A DNA stretch of 64,000 bases from an uncultured Chloroflexia bacterium (lineage in GTDB: Bacteria > Chloroflexota > UBA6077 > JACCZL01), in contig CAVXYC010000020.1 in NCBI GenBank assembly GCA_963765765.1, positions 448,001 through 512,000 of the forward strand, written 5' to 3'. The notes under the pieces are model-generated. The model ran no database searches. It was given only the letters and a program-made list of their open reading frames with translations, and had not been told where the DNA came from. The position numbers and the translations under genes are program-made. Positions 43,997 through 55,461 of this stretch are shown here, in pieces. Numbering within the stretch: position 1 is the stretch's first letter; each line of letters opens with the position of its first letter.

Positions 43997-44849
43997 ATGT
44001 CTGATGTTCACGGCGCTTCGTCAACCGAACTAGCTCCGACTTCCCAGGACCTCGTCTCGGATAACGGGTCATTGCTTCCGCAAGGAGCGCCTGCCCTGCG
44101 CGTCGAGCACCTGACCAAGGTCTATGAAAATGGCACCCGAGCAGTAAACGACCTCAGTCTCGTGATTCGCCCTGGCGAATTTGTGGTCATTGTTGGTTTG
44201 AGCGGGTCGGGCAAATCGACGCTACTGCGATGCGTCAATCGTCTCGTGGAGCCAACCGAGGGCGGATCTGGGTTGGCGATGACGAGATCACCGGCGCCTC
44301 TATTTCCGAGCTGCGACGCATGCGGATGGGGATCGGCATGATCTTTCAGCAGTTCAACCTGGTCAAACGATCCTCGGTCCTCCGCAACGTACTGGCCGGA
44401 CGACTCGCAACGACGTCCACCTGGCGAAGCATGCTCGGTTACTTTCGCGAGATCGATATCCGCGACGCGTTCTCCAATCTGGAGCGCGTTGGGATCGCTG
44501 AGAAGGCATACGAGCGGGCGGACACGCTTTCTGGCGGCCAGCAACAGCGCGTGGCCATTGCGCGGGCACTCATGCAAACGCCGCGACTGATGCTGGCTGA
44601 CGAGCCTGTAGCCAGCCTTGACCCGGCCACATCTCACTCGGTGATGCGATATCTAGAAGAGATCAATAAGGACGATGGCATCACGATTCTCTGCAATCTG
44701 CATTTCTTGAGCCTGGCACGTCGCTACGCCACGCGACTCATTGCGCTGAAGGCTGGAGAAATCGTGTTCGACGGCCCCCCGGCGAGGTAGACAACAGACG
44801 CTTCCGAGAAATCTACGGCGACGACGCGATTGAGGTGGAGATCGCCTGA
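43997..44849 (+). CDS. phnC: Phosphonate ABC ATPase (frameshifted)
   Basis: [28 protein letters not shown]. Confidence 0.9.
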
Positions 44850-46015
44850 TGGCCGCACACACTGATGCTTCGCGGGAGTCACTTTCGCTGCCCTCGGTTG
44901 GGTTTCGCCCTTCCGCGAGAGCGGTACTGGCGGCTGTCCTCCTGGTTCTCATCTACTCCATCGGATGGCGCGTCACGAATATTGATTTCCTTACGCTGGT
45001 AACGGGCATTCCCAAAGCAGAGCGAATTGTCTCAGGTCTCATGCAGCCTGACGTTGCTGCCGAGACTACTCAGTCCATCACCCGTGACACGCCCTTGCGC
45101 ATCGGCGAGGGCTCCGTCGTTGGGGACGCCGCTCCGCCGGACGGTGCACAGGTACAAACTTCTCCCAACCCCATCGTGCCGGGCCAGGAGCTGACTATTT
45201 CCGGCTCCGGATTTCGACCGTCTACGAATGGTCGGCTCTTCTTGGTGGACTCGCTCGATCGCCCGAGGCCGATTCAACAAATAGCAACCGACGCAAACGG
45301 TGTGTTCGCCACCAGCTTTGTGCTGCCAGAGATCCTGCGGGGCGACTACAGGGTTCGAGCCGAAGTGACCTGGGGAGTGGGCCAGTGGTATCTCACGGAT
45401 ACGTTCCTGCTGTGTCTGAGCAAGCTCATTGAGACGATCTTCCTGGCTCTGATGGGCACTACCTTCGCGTTGCTCGTCAGTATCCCAATGAGCTTTCTCG
45501 GTGCTCGGAACCTCATGAGTGGCTCGCGACTCGGATGGGCCCTCTACTACACCACGCGAACGATCTTCAACGTGCTGCGATCGATCGAGGCGCTGATCCT
45601 GGCGATCATCATGGCGGTGGTCGTAGGAATCGGTCCCTTCGCCGGCGTGATGGCGTTGGTCATCCATTCCATCGGCGCCATGGGCAAGCTCTATTCGGAA
45701 TCGATTGAGAGCATCGATCCGGGTCCTGTGGAAGCCGTAACCGCCACCGGAGCCAATCGCCTTCAGATGATTCTTTACGCAGTAGTGCCTCAGGTGGTTC
45801 CGCAATTCATCTCGTTCACGATGTATCGATGGGACATCAACGTTCGATTGTCCGCGGTGATCGGTCTCGTGGGCGGCGGTGGCATCGGCTTCCTGCTCAC
45901 CCAGTACATCCAGCTCCTCCAATGGAATCAGGCCGGCACGGCGCTATGGCTCATCGGCATTACCGTCATTGTGATGGACTACGCCAGCGCGGTTATCCGT
46001 GAGCGGGTAACGTAG
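44849..46015 (+). CDS. phnE: Phosphonate ABC permease with inserted soluble domain
   Basis: ETIFLALMGT, GKLYSE, GPVEA, YRWDINVR, GGGGIG. Confidence 0.9.
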   Translation: MAAHTDASRESLSLPSVGFRPSARAVLAAVLLVLIYSIGWRVTNIDFLTLVTGIPKAERIVSGLMQPDVAAETTQSITRDTPLRIGEGSVVGDAAPPDGAQVQTSPNPIVPGQELTISGSGFRPSTNGRLFLVDSLDRPRPIQQIATDANGVFATSFVLPEILRGDYRVRAEVTWGVGQWYLTDTFLLCLSKLIETIFLALMGTTFALLVSIPMSFLGARNLMSGSRLGWALYYTTRTIFNVLRSIEALILAIIMAVVVGIGPFAGVMALVIHSIGAMGKLYSESIESIDPGPVEAVTATGANRLQMILYAVVPQVVPQFISFTMYRWDINVRLSAVIGLVGGGGIGFLLTQYIQLLQWNQAGTALWLIGITVIVMDYASAVIRERVT

Positions 46016-46047
46016 CCCTGCCTCCGAGACCCGCTTCACCGGAGGCT

Positions 46048-46815
46048 CTTATTTCCGCGCCACGACGATCAACCGCTCGCTTTGCGCGCTGAATTGCTCC
46101 AGTTCGTATGACCCATAGAGCGCCTCAACCGCGAAGCCGGGCACGCTCCAGAAGAAGTGTCATCTCGAAACGGGTGAAGTAACGCAGTGCGAACTGCACG
46201 GTAGTTCGGTGAAGGATGCCGTCGGGCCCTGTTACGTCATACCAGTAGGTCAGGTCGATCCATCTGCTCCGATGAATCGGATGCTCGATTTACCCACTTG
46301 GTAATTACAGACTCACCATCGTCCGACTCGGCCGTGATGTGATGGACAAGCTCGTCGCGCCCATCTCCGCGGTTGTTCCCGTTGGATACGTCGATCACCA
46401 GGACACCGTCAGTCTCCAGAGCCGAGTGAACCGCGGTCAACGCAGCCAGCTGTTCGAGCTGATGAGATAGATGACCGAACGAATCAAGAGCGATCACCGC
46501 CAGGCGTGCCCCGCGGGGCACGCTGAAATTTTGCATCGGCGCCTCAATAAGGTCCGCGTCAACGGCTTCGGACGCCAGACGGTGCCGCGCGCGCGCGAGC
46601 ATCGCGGGCGATGCATCCACCCCGATGCAGTAATGACCCTGGATGGCCAGATCGGCAAGCACACGGCCAGTGCCGCAGCCAAGCTCGAGAATCGGCCCGC
46701 CGGTGCGTTTCGCAAGCGCTCGGTAGAAGGCGAGATCCTCGTCGTATCGATCGTGCTCCCAATCGTAGAGCTCGGCGATGCGCTCGTAGATATCAGCGCC
46801 GGACGTATCGCTCAC
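46048..46815 (-). CDS. Class I SAM-dependent methyltransferase (frameshifted)
   Basis: GPILELGCGTGRV, GVDASPAML. Confidence 0.85.
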
Positions 46816-47649
46816 GCCTGCTCAGGCCGATTGGAGGGCGACCACCACGAATAGAAGTGATGCACGGGCCCATGACCCTGTCCAACTGGATATGCGTGTG
46901 CGATGGCCTCAGTAAGATAGGCCTTTGCGTTCCGCACCGAGTCCGACAGGCCGTGACCCAGGGCCAGATTGGCAGCTATCGCGGAAGCAAGCGTACAGCC
47001 TGTGCCATGCGTCGAGGTGGTATCGATCCGCTTTGCGCTGAGCTCGAGCATGTCCGTGCCGTCATAGAACACGTCCACGGCATCACCTTCAAGATGCCCG
47101 CCCTTCACTATCACGCTTTGCGGTCCTAGATCGGACGAGTTCCCTGGCGGCCTCACGCATCTCTGAAACTGATGCGACTGATCGTCCCAAGAGCACCTCG
47201 GCTTCCGGGAGATTTGGGGTTGCCACGGTCGCCATCGGCAGCAACACTGAGCGGAGCGTTTCAACGGCGTCCGGGCGCAGCAGATGGTCGCCACTCGTTG
47301 CCACCATGACCGGATCGACAACGAGACGCGCCACCTTATGTCGACCCATTCCATCGGCAACTGTTTCGATGATCTCCGCTGATGAAAGCATGCCGGTCTT
47401 GACCGCGTCCGCTCCAATATCGCTGAGCACGGCATCGATCTGCGCGGAAATGATGTCCACAGGGATGTCCGCCACTGCCGTCACGCCCAGAGTGTTCTGG
47501 GCAGTGATCGCAGTCAAAACGGACATCCCATAGACGCCAAGCGCTGAGAACGTTTTAAGATCCGCTTGAATCCCAGCGCCTCCGCCCGAATCAGAGCCGG
47601 CAATAGTGAGAGCGATCGGGGGAATGTTGACTTGATCAGTCATTGTCAT
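46812..47649 (-). CDS. thiD: HMP/HMP-P kinase (frameshifted)
   Basis: [41 protein letters not shown]. Confidence 0.93.
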
Positions 47650-47832
47650 TGAGCCAACCGAACTACAAAATTCACCCATTCGTGCGTTGATTCAGACTCA
47701 TAGCTGGGACATAATGCTATCTTCCAAGTGTCCAACGCAGGATGAGCGGCAAACTAATGCCACCCCCGCAAAGTACGTGGAAGCGCCAGCGCTCATCGAA
47801 TGCACAGTGATGGTACTAAGAATGGATTCCAT

Positions 47833-48297
47833 ATGGCCGTCGCAACGCTTGCCACGAAATCCACCCGATGGTTGCGTGATTTATTTCGACGCGGGCCGCG
47901 TGTTGAGAGCCACGCCCTTCGAGATTACCAGTCAGCCGTAACTCCCCTTCTGGAACGCGCCGAATGTCTCTATCAGCAATGGCGTGAGCAGACGGAGACG
48001 GGCAGCGACTCCGAGCGTATTGCCAACATCGCCTCAACGCAAAGCTGGGAGATGGCGTCGCTCGGCTCCCGGCTGGAGGCATGCACACCTCCCGCGGGAC
48101 TGGAGAGCCTGCATGCTCGTTGTGCAAAGGCCTTCGTACTCGCTAGACGCGCCGGTCAGCTTCTGAGCACCGGCCATCGCTACCACAATGCTGACGCTCT
48201 GTGTGACGGCCACGCCACGCTAGATGACGCGCGGCGGCTCTATCTCTCCGCTCTAGCCGATCTTGCCGATCTGGCGTCCGCGCCCGCCAAGTCCTGA
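47833..48297 (+). CDS. Hypothetical helical protein
   Basis: Protein-like ORF filling the gap divergent from thiD. Confidence 0.5.
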   Translation: MAVATLATKSTRWLRDLFRRGPRVESHALRDYQSAVTPLLERAECLYQQWREQTETGSDSERIANIASTQSWEMASLGSRLEACTPPAGLESLHARCAKAFVLARRAGQLLSTGHRYHNADALCDGHATLDDARRLYLSALADLADLASAPAKS

Positions 48298-48551
48298 CGA
48301 CGGCGTTCTCGACGCTGATCGAGAATCGCCACCAGGCCTCGGACCAGAAGCCACAGGACCAATAGTGCCCCAACTGCAATACCGAGTGTGATCAGCTGAT
48401 CGGAATCGTCTCGCATCTGCACCAGCCTGGTGATCATTAACAGCACGTAGAGACCCACACCCACTTGCAGCGCGAGACCAACCCTCTTTCGGCGCCTCCA
48501 TAACAGGAGTGCCAGGACAACCAACAGCGCGACCGTGAGCGCGAACTTCAT
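48240..48551 (-). CDS. Small membrane protein
   Basis: Three hydrophobic helices; start overlaps the upstream stop. Confidence 0.65.
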   Translation of the reverse strand: MKFALTVALLVVLALLLWRRRKRVGLALQVGVGLYVLLMITRLVQMRDDSDQLITLGIAVGALLVLWLLVRGLVAILDQRRERRRQDLAGADARSARSARAER

Positions 48552-49768
48552 TACTGAGAATCCAGCAGTGCTCGACGCAACAGCAGCGATGGGCCGCCAC
48601 CACGTGTTGACAGGACCACCGAGTTTGCAAAGTAGGGGAATGAGAAGCTGGTGCGGTCCCCGGCAGTTAGTCCCGGCACGGGCAACAGGCGAGCGGTCAA
48701 CGGTTTTTTGAGAGCGGTGGAGAGCGCCGCCACATCCAGAACGATGCCAGCAAGCTCAGCTTCGCTGGAATCACCCGGGAGAGGCACGGTGTCTAATCCG
48801 GTGCCGCACACCGCTGAATAGAGAAGCAGTTCGCTCCAGGAGTAAAGCTGCTCCCCGGCGCGACGAGCGAGCCCGCTGTCCTCGAGCAGCGGCAGCATAA
48901 GCCCCGAAAAACCGATGCCTTCACCACCGTTACGAATCGCTCGGGTCATGAGCATGGCCGTTGCCAGCGTACCGGGCTCACCGAACCGACCAAGTCCCGC
49001 CTTCTCCAACATAAAAGCAGCGCTACTGCGGTCACTCGGAAAAGGCGCCGGTGAGCGGTCCACGCCGAGATAGCGGAAATGATGCCGTTCGGCTTGTTGT
49101 CCAACGAGCCTCAGCAACGTCGTTTCTTGATCCTGAATCGCCTGTGAGACGCGGCTGAGTCCGTCTGTGAGCGAATCGTCACCGCTCACCGCCTCCGCCA
49201 CGACGTCGGCGGATTGCAGAGCAATGGAAAGCGTCCAGGATTCACCTTCGTGGTAGCCGGCTGGAAAGAACGGGATGCCGGGCGGGCAATTGGCGATGGC
49301 TGCCAGCCTTAGATTTCCGAAGCCATCCTCGCTTCCAAGGCTGATATCGCGAATCATCCGCGCGGCCGCCTGCACCGCGGGGTACCGAATGCCCTCGGCG
49401 TCGGCCACTTCAATGGAGAAGAACGAAGCGGAAGAAGCGACCAGCGCGTCGGCCGCAATCGAAGCAAATTCGGCAGCTCGTTGGTCACCCAATACCCGCC
49501 AGCGGATAGGGCCGAACGAAACATATCCCACGCCGAGGCCATTGAGCTGGTCCTCGATCTCCTGCACAGCTCGGGGAAGCGCCGCCGCGCCGTCGTCAGG
49601 CATAAGCTCGTAGTAGGGAGCCAACGCGATGCGAGTCGTCTGGACCTCATGCCCATCATCTCTAAGTACGTCGGTGACGGCCAGAAGCGTCCGCGCGGCG
49701 CGCTGCAATGTCGCGGGCGCGGGCGGCCACTCGAGATTCATGCCGAGCGTAACGGCGCGGATGATCAT
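48551..49768 (-). CDS. DUF711-family protein
   Basis: IRAVT, VQTTRIA, PFFPAGYH, GFSGLMLPLLED, SAVCGTGLDTVPLPG. Confidence 0.85.
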   Translation of the reverse strand: MIIRAVTLGMNLEWPPAPATLQRAARTLLAVTDVLRDDGHEVQTTRIALAPYYELMPDDGAAALPRAVQEIEDQLNGLGVGYVSFGPIRWRVLGDQRAAEFASIAADALVASSASFFSIEVADAEGIRYPAVQAAARMIRDISLGSEDGFGNLRLAAIANCPPGIPFFPAGYHEGESWTLSIALQSADVVAEAVSGDDSLTDGLSRVSQAIQDQETTLLRLVGQQAERHHFRYLGVDRSPAPFPSDRSSAAFMLEKAGLGRFGEPGTLATAMLMTRAIRNGGEGIGFSGLMLPLLEDSGLARRAGEQLYSWSELLLYSAVCGTGLDTVPLPGDSSEAELAGIVLDVAALSTALKKPLTARLLPVPGLTAGDRTSFSFPYFANSVVLSTRGGGPSLLLRRALLDSQ

Positions 49769-50018
49769 GGTCTGAGAGTCAGTATCGCAGAGATGCCCGT
49801 GGATCGCGGCCTTTCGGAGCGCCGACAGACGCTCAGACTGATGTGGCTCTGGTATCCGATGGCGGCCCTCGACGGGCCGGGCCGACAGGACGTCGTCAGC
49901 CCAGGAGGAGTGCCGAGACTCCATCTCCGAGACTCCATCTCAGTGTAAGTGCTCGACCCGCGGGGCCATGAAAGATCGTGCCGATGAGTCACTGCCAATA
50001 TAATCATGTGATCGCGTA

Positions 50019-51482
50019 GTGCGGCACCCCTCATGGAGACAGCAGTTGAACCAAGGGCTGGCACGAACACTCTCGAGCTTCGTCATACTGACGGGCATGA
50101 CGCTGGCCGCCTGCGGTCCTTCCGCACCAGGCTCTCCTCGCGGTGATACAGCCGCCGTCCCGAAAAGTGGTGGAAACCCCGCTGGAGCCACCGCGGCCAA
50201 TCCCACGAGTCCGCGAGGGGCCACCCGAACACTCGATGCCAACGAGATTGGACTCGTCTACGCACTACTCTTTCAGGAATATGTCGATCCAATAGACGGC
50301 GCCACGGTGATCCGCGGCGCGGGGAGGTCGGTCAGCGATCTCATGCGCCGAAGCGGCTTCCTTCCGATCGACATGTCAGTGATGGATCTGATGCCGATCC
50401 CAGCCGGTGAAGAGCCCGCACGCACCTGGTCTGGTTTCGCGAGCACGTACGAAGCGTTGGTGGACAAACACAGCGAGTGGGCACGTCAGGCACGTCCCGA
50501 TCAGGCCGCGGTACGCGGGATGCTTGCCTCACTCAATGACACCCACACGACATATATCGACCCGCAGGAGCGACGCCGCATGGCCGAGACCTCATACGTC
50601 GGCGTGGGTATTCGACTCAGCAAGCCAGAAGAGGGGCGATCTCCCATCATTGTTGAGGTCTTCCCACGCAGCCCCGCGGCCCAAGCCGGATTGAAAGCTG
50701 GCGACCGTGTCGAGTCTGCCGATGGAACCAGAACCACGGACCTCCCACTGACGGAAATTGTTCGATACATTCGCGGCGCGCCGGAATCGACAGTGAAGAT
50801 GGGAATTTCCCGTCAGGGCCAGGAGCGGTCCGTTGATGTCTCGCGGGCGGCCGTTGAACCGCGACGTGTCGAGGGTGGCCCGTTAGGCTCCGGAGTTGGC
50901 TACGTTCGAATTCGAACGTTTGCAACCGACGTGCCGAACGCGGTTTTCGATCAGCTCACGGCACTCGACCGAGCGAGAGCCAATGGCATCCGCGGGCTCA
51001 TCCTCGATCTACGGGGCAATACCGGCGGTGAGCTCCGCGCAGTTGCTAACGTGGGGGGCGCGTTCTTCCCGGGACAACCACTCGGTCTTTCAGTCGATCG
51101 CACGGGCACCCAGACGCCACTGCAGGCGGAGGGGCGGAAGCGCATCAATGACGACCCTATTGTTGTGCTAATCGATCGCGACACAGGCTCCGGATCCGAG
51201 ATCCTTGCATCTGCGCTGCGGGAGCATGGTCTGGCTACGATTGTCGGAACGAATTCGGCCGGCAGCGTTGGTATCGCCCAGGTTCACGATTTGCCCGACG
51301 GCTCTGCCGTCCAGATCACCGAGCGTCGTCTCCTGACTCCGGGCGGCGCCCGCCTGGACAAGGTGGGCATTAAGCCAGATGTCGAGGTAGCCACGTCTGT
51401 AGCGGACCTAGAGACCGGAAAAGATCCGCCCCTAGAGCGAGCGGTGCAGATCGTGAAAGAGCGCACGAAGAACCAGGTCTAA
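50019..51482 (+). CDS. S41 carboxyl-terminal protease lipoprotein with PDZ domain
   Basis: Lipobox LAAC, LNDTHT, SPAAQAGLKAGD, ILDLRGNTGG, TGSGSEI, GIKPD. Confidence 0.9.
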   Translation: MRHPSWRQQLNQGLARTLSSFVILTGMTLAACGPSAPGSPRGDTAAVPKSGGNPAGATAANPTSPRGATRTLDANEIGLVYALLFQEYVDPIDGATVIRGAGRSVSDLMRRSGFLPIDMSVMDLMPIPAGEEPARTWSGFASTYEALVDKHSEWARQARPDQAAVRGMLASLNDTHTTYIDPQERRRMAETSYVGVGIRLSKPEEGRSPIIVEVFPRSPAAQAGLKAGDRVESADGTRTTDLPLTEIVRYIRGAPESTVKMGISRQGQERSVDVSRAAVEPRRVEGGPLGSGVGYVRIRTFATDVPNAVFDQLTALDRARANGIRGLILDLRGNTGGELRAVANVGGAFFPGQPLGLSVDRTGTQTPLQAEGRKRINDDPIVVLIDRDTGSGSEILASALREHGLATIVGTNSAGSVGIAQVHDLPDGSAVQITERRLLTPGGARLDKVGIKPDVEVATSVADLETGKDPPLERAVQIVKERTKNQV

Positions 51483-51593
51483 GCTTGAGAGCCGGGTTCG
51501 TAGTACGTCACCCAAAGAGCAAGGGAGTTGAATAAGGGTGCGCTAACTGGACCCGACTTCCTCGCCATTTGGGAGAGGGTTGGGGTGAGGGGA

Positions 51594-52415
51594 CTACGAA
51601 TCCCCTTCCACAACAGGATGGACCCACATACACAGCATCTCCCGCCCGATCTTTGCCGCGGTCACCGATGTCACGTCCGCAACATCGCATTCAGGCAGGA
51701 TCTCCATGATGTCCGCCCCTACGACCTGACAATCCCGTAGCGAATAGATCGTCGACATCAGCTCGCGAAAATTCGGGCCGCCCGGCTCAGGGCAGCCGGT
51801 GCCCGGCGCGACGGAAGGATCCAGCACGTCGATGTCCACGGTCACGTACAGCGGTCGGCGATGGAGGCCAGCGAGAACCTTGGACGGAATCTCGATTGAT
51901 GATGATGAGTGACGGCAGGAGCGCGCCCGGATATGCTCATCGCGCGTGCCGGAGCGCACGCCAAGCTGGACAATGCGATCAAACCCGAGCTCTTCACCCA
52001 CGACGTTCGCCCATGTCGCGTGCGTGATCGGCTCACCATCGTAGTTCTGACGGATATCCAGGTGTGCATCAAAGTGCACCACCATGAGATCGGGGTATCT
52101 ACGAGCCGCTGCCCGAACGACTGGCAACGTGGCCGTATGCTCGCCCCCGTAGGACAGCATGAAGCCCTCGTCAAAGCACGCCGACGCGGTGCATTCGATT
52201 TGATCCAGACTGTCGAGCAACGAGAGGCCGGTGAGCTCCACGTCTCCGATGTCGTGAATCGATCGGTCCGCGAGATCGGCGTCCAGCACGGGACTGTAAT
52301 CCTCGAGCGACTCCGCGACCTCACGAATTCGCTGGGGTCCACTTGCCGTCCCAGGTCGAAACGATTCGGTGAGATCAAGCGGCAGGCCGATGACCGATGC
52401 GCTGCCGAATGCCAA
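51594..52415 (-). CDS. speB: Agmatinase
   Basis: GGEH, FDAHLD, VDIDVLDPSVAPGTG.PEPGG. Confidence 0.92.
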   Translation of the reverse strand: MAFGSASVIGLPLDLTESFRPGTASGPQRIREVAESLEDYSPVLDADLADRSIHDIGDVELTGLSLLDSLDQIECTASACFDEGFMLSYGGEHTATLPVVRAAARRYPDLMVVHFDAHLDIRQNYDGEPITHATWANVVGEELGFDRIVQLGVRSGTRDEHIRARSCRHSSSSIEIPSKVLAGLHRRPLYVTVDIDVLDPSVAPGTGCPEPGGPNFRELMSTIYSLRDCQVVGADIMEILPECDVADVTSVTAAKIGREMLCMWVHPVVEGDS

Positions 52416-52416
52416 T

Positions 52417-53305
52417 TCAGGCGACTCCGGAAGGCTCCGTGAAGTCGATCGGGAAAAGCGGCTCTCGTCGCGTAAGCGTTGCCGGAAGCGCGAAGGAGGC
52501 GGAATGCAGCTCAGGCGTGTAGTACGTCAATCGCTCGAGACCGACCGATAGCTCGTTCAAGCGCGCTGGCTCAGGAAAGCGTACTGAGCGTGACTCAGAT
52601 GCGGCAACCATGCCCCAGAGACCTCCCGGGTAGGCGGGAATGTAGGCTAGATACGGCTCCACAATCTGGAAAACGCCTTCCAGGGTGCTTATGGTTCGCA
52701 GCCAGCCGTCCGCCATAAGGAGCGGCGAGCCGCAGTGGCTAGCCATCACGCCGCCAGCTCTGAGCGCCTGACGCACCGACTCGTAGAACGCGGTCGAGAA
52801 CAGCCCTTCGGCCGGTCCCACCGGGTCCGTGGAATCGATCAGAATAACGTCGAACTCACCGGTGTGAGTCTCGAGAAATGCAATACCGTCACCAACTATC
52901 ACTTCGGCTCTGGGATCGTCATACGCACCGCTGCTGATCTCGGGCAGAAGCTCTCGGCTCAGGCGGATGACCGCTTCATCGATCTCCACCTGCAGCACTT
53001 GCGCTACCGGATGCTCGAGGACTCGGCGCAGCGCACCACCATCACCACCGCCGATGATGAGCACATTGCGTGGATTCGGATGAGACAGCATGGGCACGTG
53101 CACGAGCATCTCGTGATACGCGGCCTCATCCACAAGCGTTGTTTGAATCGCGTCGTCCAGAATGAGCATGCGGCCGAAGGGCGCTGTGTCCATCACCTGC
53201 ACGTGCTGGTGCCGAGACTGCTCATCACAAAGCAGTGCACGGACTTCGACCTGCTGTTGATAGCCCGCGATTGGCGGCTCAGCGAACAGCGTTCGAATCA
53301 GCCAT
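52417..53305 (-). CDS. speE: Spermidine synthase / aminopropyltransferase (start region frameshifted)
   Basis: YHEMLVH, VLIIGGGDGG, VEID, IDSTDPVGPA. Confidence 0.92.
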
Positions 53306-53651
53306 CAGCGTCGACGATGCCTCGGCTCATCTCCATGACCTGCACTCGCTGTGGGCTGAAGTACTCGCGAAGTACTGGAACCGCATCTGATGGGCTCCGC
53401 CCCTCGCCGCACGTGAAGATGTCTACTGCCGCGTATCCGAGCTCCGGCCACGTGTGCACCATGACGTGAGATTCAGAAACCACCGCGGCGCCAGTAATAC
53501 CTACGGGACTAAAGGGATATACACGCAGGTCCAGAAGCGTGAGGTCACACGCCTTCACAATGTCCCGCATTGCACGCTCAACCACATCGGTTGAATCAAG
53601 ATTCTGGCAATCCCAGAGCTCCAGAATCAGGTGCCGGCCGACACTTTTCAT
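53298..53651 (-). CDS. speD: S-adenosylmethionine decarboxylase proenzyme
   Basis: GRHLI, ESH self-cleavage motif, HTWPE, DIFTCG. Confidence 0.93.
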   Translation of the reverse strand: MKSVGRHLILELWDCQNLDSTDVVERAMRDIVKACDLTLLDLRVYPFSPVGITGAAVVSESHVMVHTWPELGYAAVDIFTCGEGRSPSDAVPVLREYFSPQRVQVMEMSRGIVDADG

Positions 53652-53655
53652 GCCT

Positions 53656-54138
53656 TCACCTCCACCAGAGTACCACCGCCGAAACGGTGCAGCCGAGCTT
53701 CTCGACACGATGCTCGGCCATCCGGATCATCAAACGCGCGAGTTTCATCCCACGCTGGTTAAACGCGTCCTCCACCATCTGGCGCACTGCGCCCTCCGCT
53801 TTCTCAGCGGAGTTAGACGAGTGCTCAAAAATCATCCCGTGACTGTCGTCACTCAGTCCGATCCCTATCACGGAGCAGACTTGTTCACCCGGTACATTGC
53901 TATGCCTCGTTGCATAGACGGCCGGAACTAACGTGCCGGGCCCAATCGGTATTGGCTGATCCAGCATGACCGCCCCTGTGGGCACCACACTGCTCACCTT
54001 GACGAGGTTGAGGTTGCCAACCCCCGCATTGAGCAACGCATTATCGAACGCGTTGATCGGCGTCGCTCCCTCAGCGCTTCCGGACGCCAGCCAGAAGACA
54101 TTGGGTGCGCTCCAGGTGTTCAGTTCCAGTCCCGCCAC
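53656..54138 (-). CDS. pdaD: Pyruvoyl-dependent arginine decarboxylase
   Basis: AFDNALLNAGVGNLNLVKVSSVVP. Confidence 0.9.
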   Translation of the reverse strand: MAGLELNTWSAPNVFWLASGSAEGATPINAFDNALLNAGVGNLNLVKVSSVVPTGAVMLDQPIPIGPGTLVPAVYATRHSNVPGEQVCSVIGIGLSDDSHGMIFEHSSNSAEKAEGAVRQMVEDAFNQRGMKLARLMIRMAEHRVEKLGCTVSAVVLWWR

Positions 54139-54607
54139 GTAGCTATGCTTCCTTCGATCACGTCTATTTCAGACCAACACAAAACACCACCCCAAGGCGG
54201 CCCCGCACATCAATGCGAGCGGTCAGGCTTGTAAGCCGGCCCCAGAAAATGGTGCTCTGGTGAGAATCGTATTGTCGATGGCCAACGGCATCAGAATGTG
54301 ACAATTCTGAAAGCCGGCAGCACCCCGTACTATATCACAAGCCAAGAGCCCACTCGTGGGAGCGCGAGAGCAAGGTCTGCGCCGCGACGGTCAGTGAGCG
54401 CTTTATCTACACCTGGATATTGATAAAGACAAAGGACATCGCCACCCAGCCGGACAGAGCCGCATCCCATCGGGATGTGCTCCCATCACGAGGATGCACA
54501 GGATCCGAGCATATCATCAACCCGCCACCGAGCCGCTCACGTGCGCGGCTCGGACGGTCCTGAGGGTGATTGCGCCAGTGCGGTTGGTCGCGGGAGGATT
54601 TGCTCGC

Positions 54608-55461
54608 TTACGGTCGCGACTCGGATTCAGGATCTGGGGCTGCATCCTCGGTTTCCAGCTGATCAGCGGCCACGCGCCCTCTCGCCCAGGGACGCGCCAG
54701 GCGTCGCGCTACGACGATGAAACCCGTGTGCCCGACCATTGTCTGCTCAGGCCGGACAGCCTGTCCTTCGACCTTCCAGGGACGATAAAGCGTCTCGAGC
54801 ACCTCGGGCGTTTCGAACCAACCGGAGGCGTTGATGGTCTCCACCGTTTGCTGTACCTGGACAATGGACGGGTTAAAGCCCAACAATAGTCCGCCCGGAA
54901 CCAACGCTTCTATTGCCGACGGGACCGCGCGCCAGGGCTCTGGCACATCAAGAACTATGCGATCAAGAGGTGCATCTTCAATTTCCACCGTGACGTCGCG
55001 CTCGCGCACGAGATGATTTGTCGGCGACCCCTGAAATCCTTCGATGTTCTTCTTAGCGAGCTGAATGAAGTCCGAGCGGGTCTCGTAGCTAATCACGAGG
55101 CCTTGGTCGCCTACAGCGCGAAGCAAGTAGAGGCTCAGGGCTCCGGAGCCCAATCCTGCCTCCAGCACTCTCATGCCCGGGCCGATATCCCCCCAGAGCA
55201 GGATGACCCCAGCATCCTTCGGATAGATGACCCCGGAGTGCCTGGTCATCTCCAGCACGTAATCCGAGAGGCGCGGCCGCCACACGGTAAATGGCGTGCC
55301 CGTGCTGGTGCGGATCAGTGCTCCCTGCTCAGCGCTGAGGATTTCCGAGTGCTCAACGGTGCCCTTGTTGCTGTGAAATCGCGCCCGGAGCGGAGCCGTA
55401 CGAGGCGTCTCCGCCCGGTTCGGTCAACCAGGAGAACGGACTCTCCGTTTTGAAATGACAT
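54608..55461 (-). CDS. trmI: tRNA (adenine58-N1)-methyltransferase (frameshifted)
   Basis: IYPKD, VLEAGLGSGALS, LDVPEPW, VGHTGF. Confidence 0.9.

Noticed and set aside
54608-55461. Functional link between TrmI and the Rrp8-like methyltransferase (both m1A-type)
   Set aside because: 17 kb apart, core versus island; proximity is probably coincidental.
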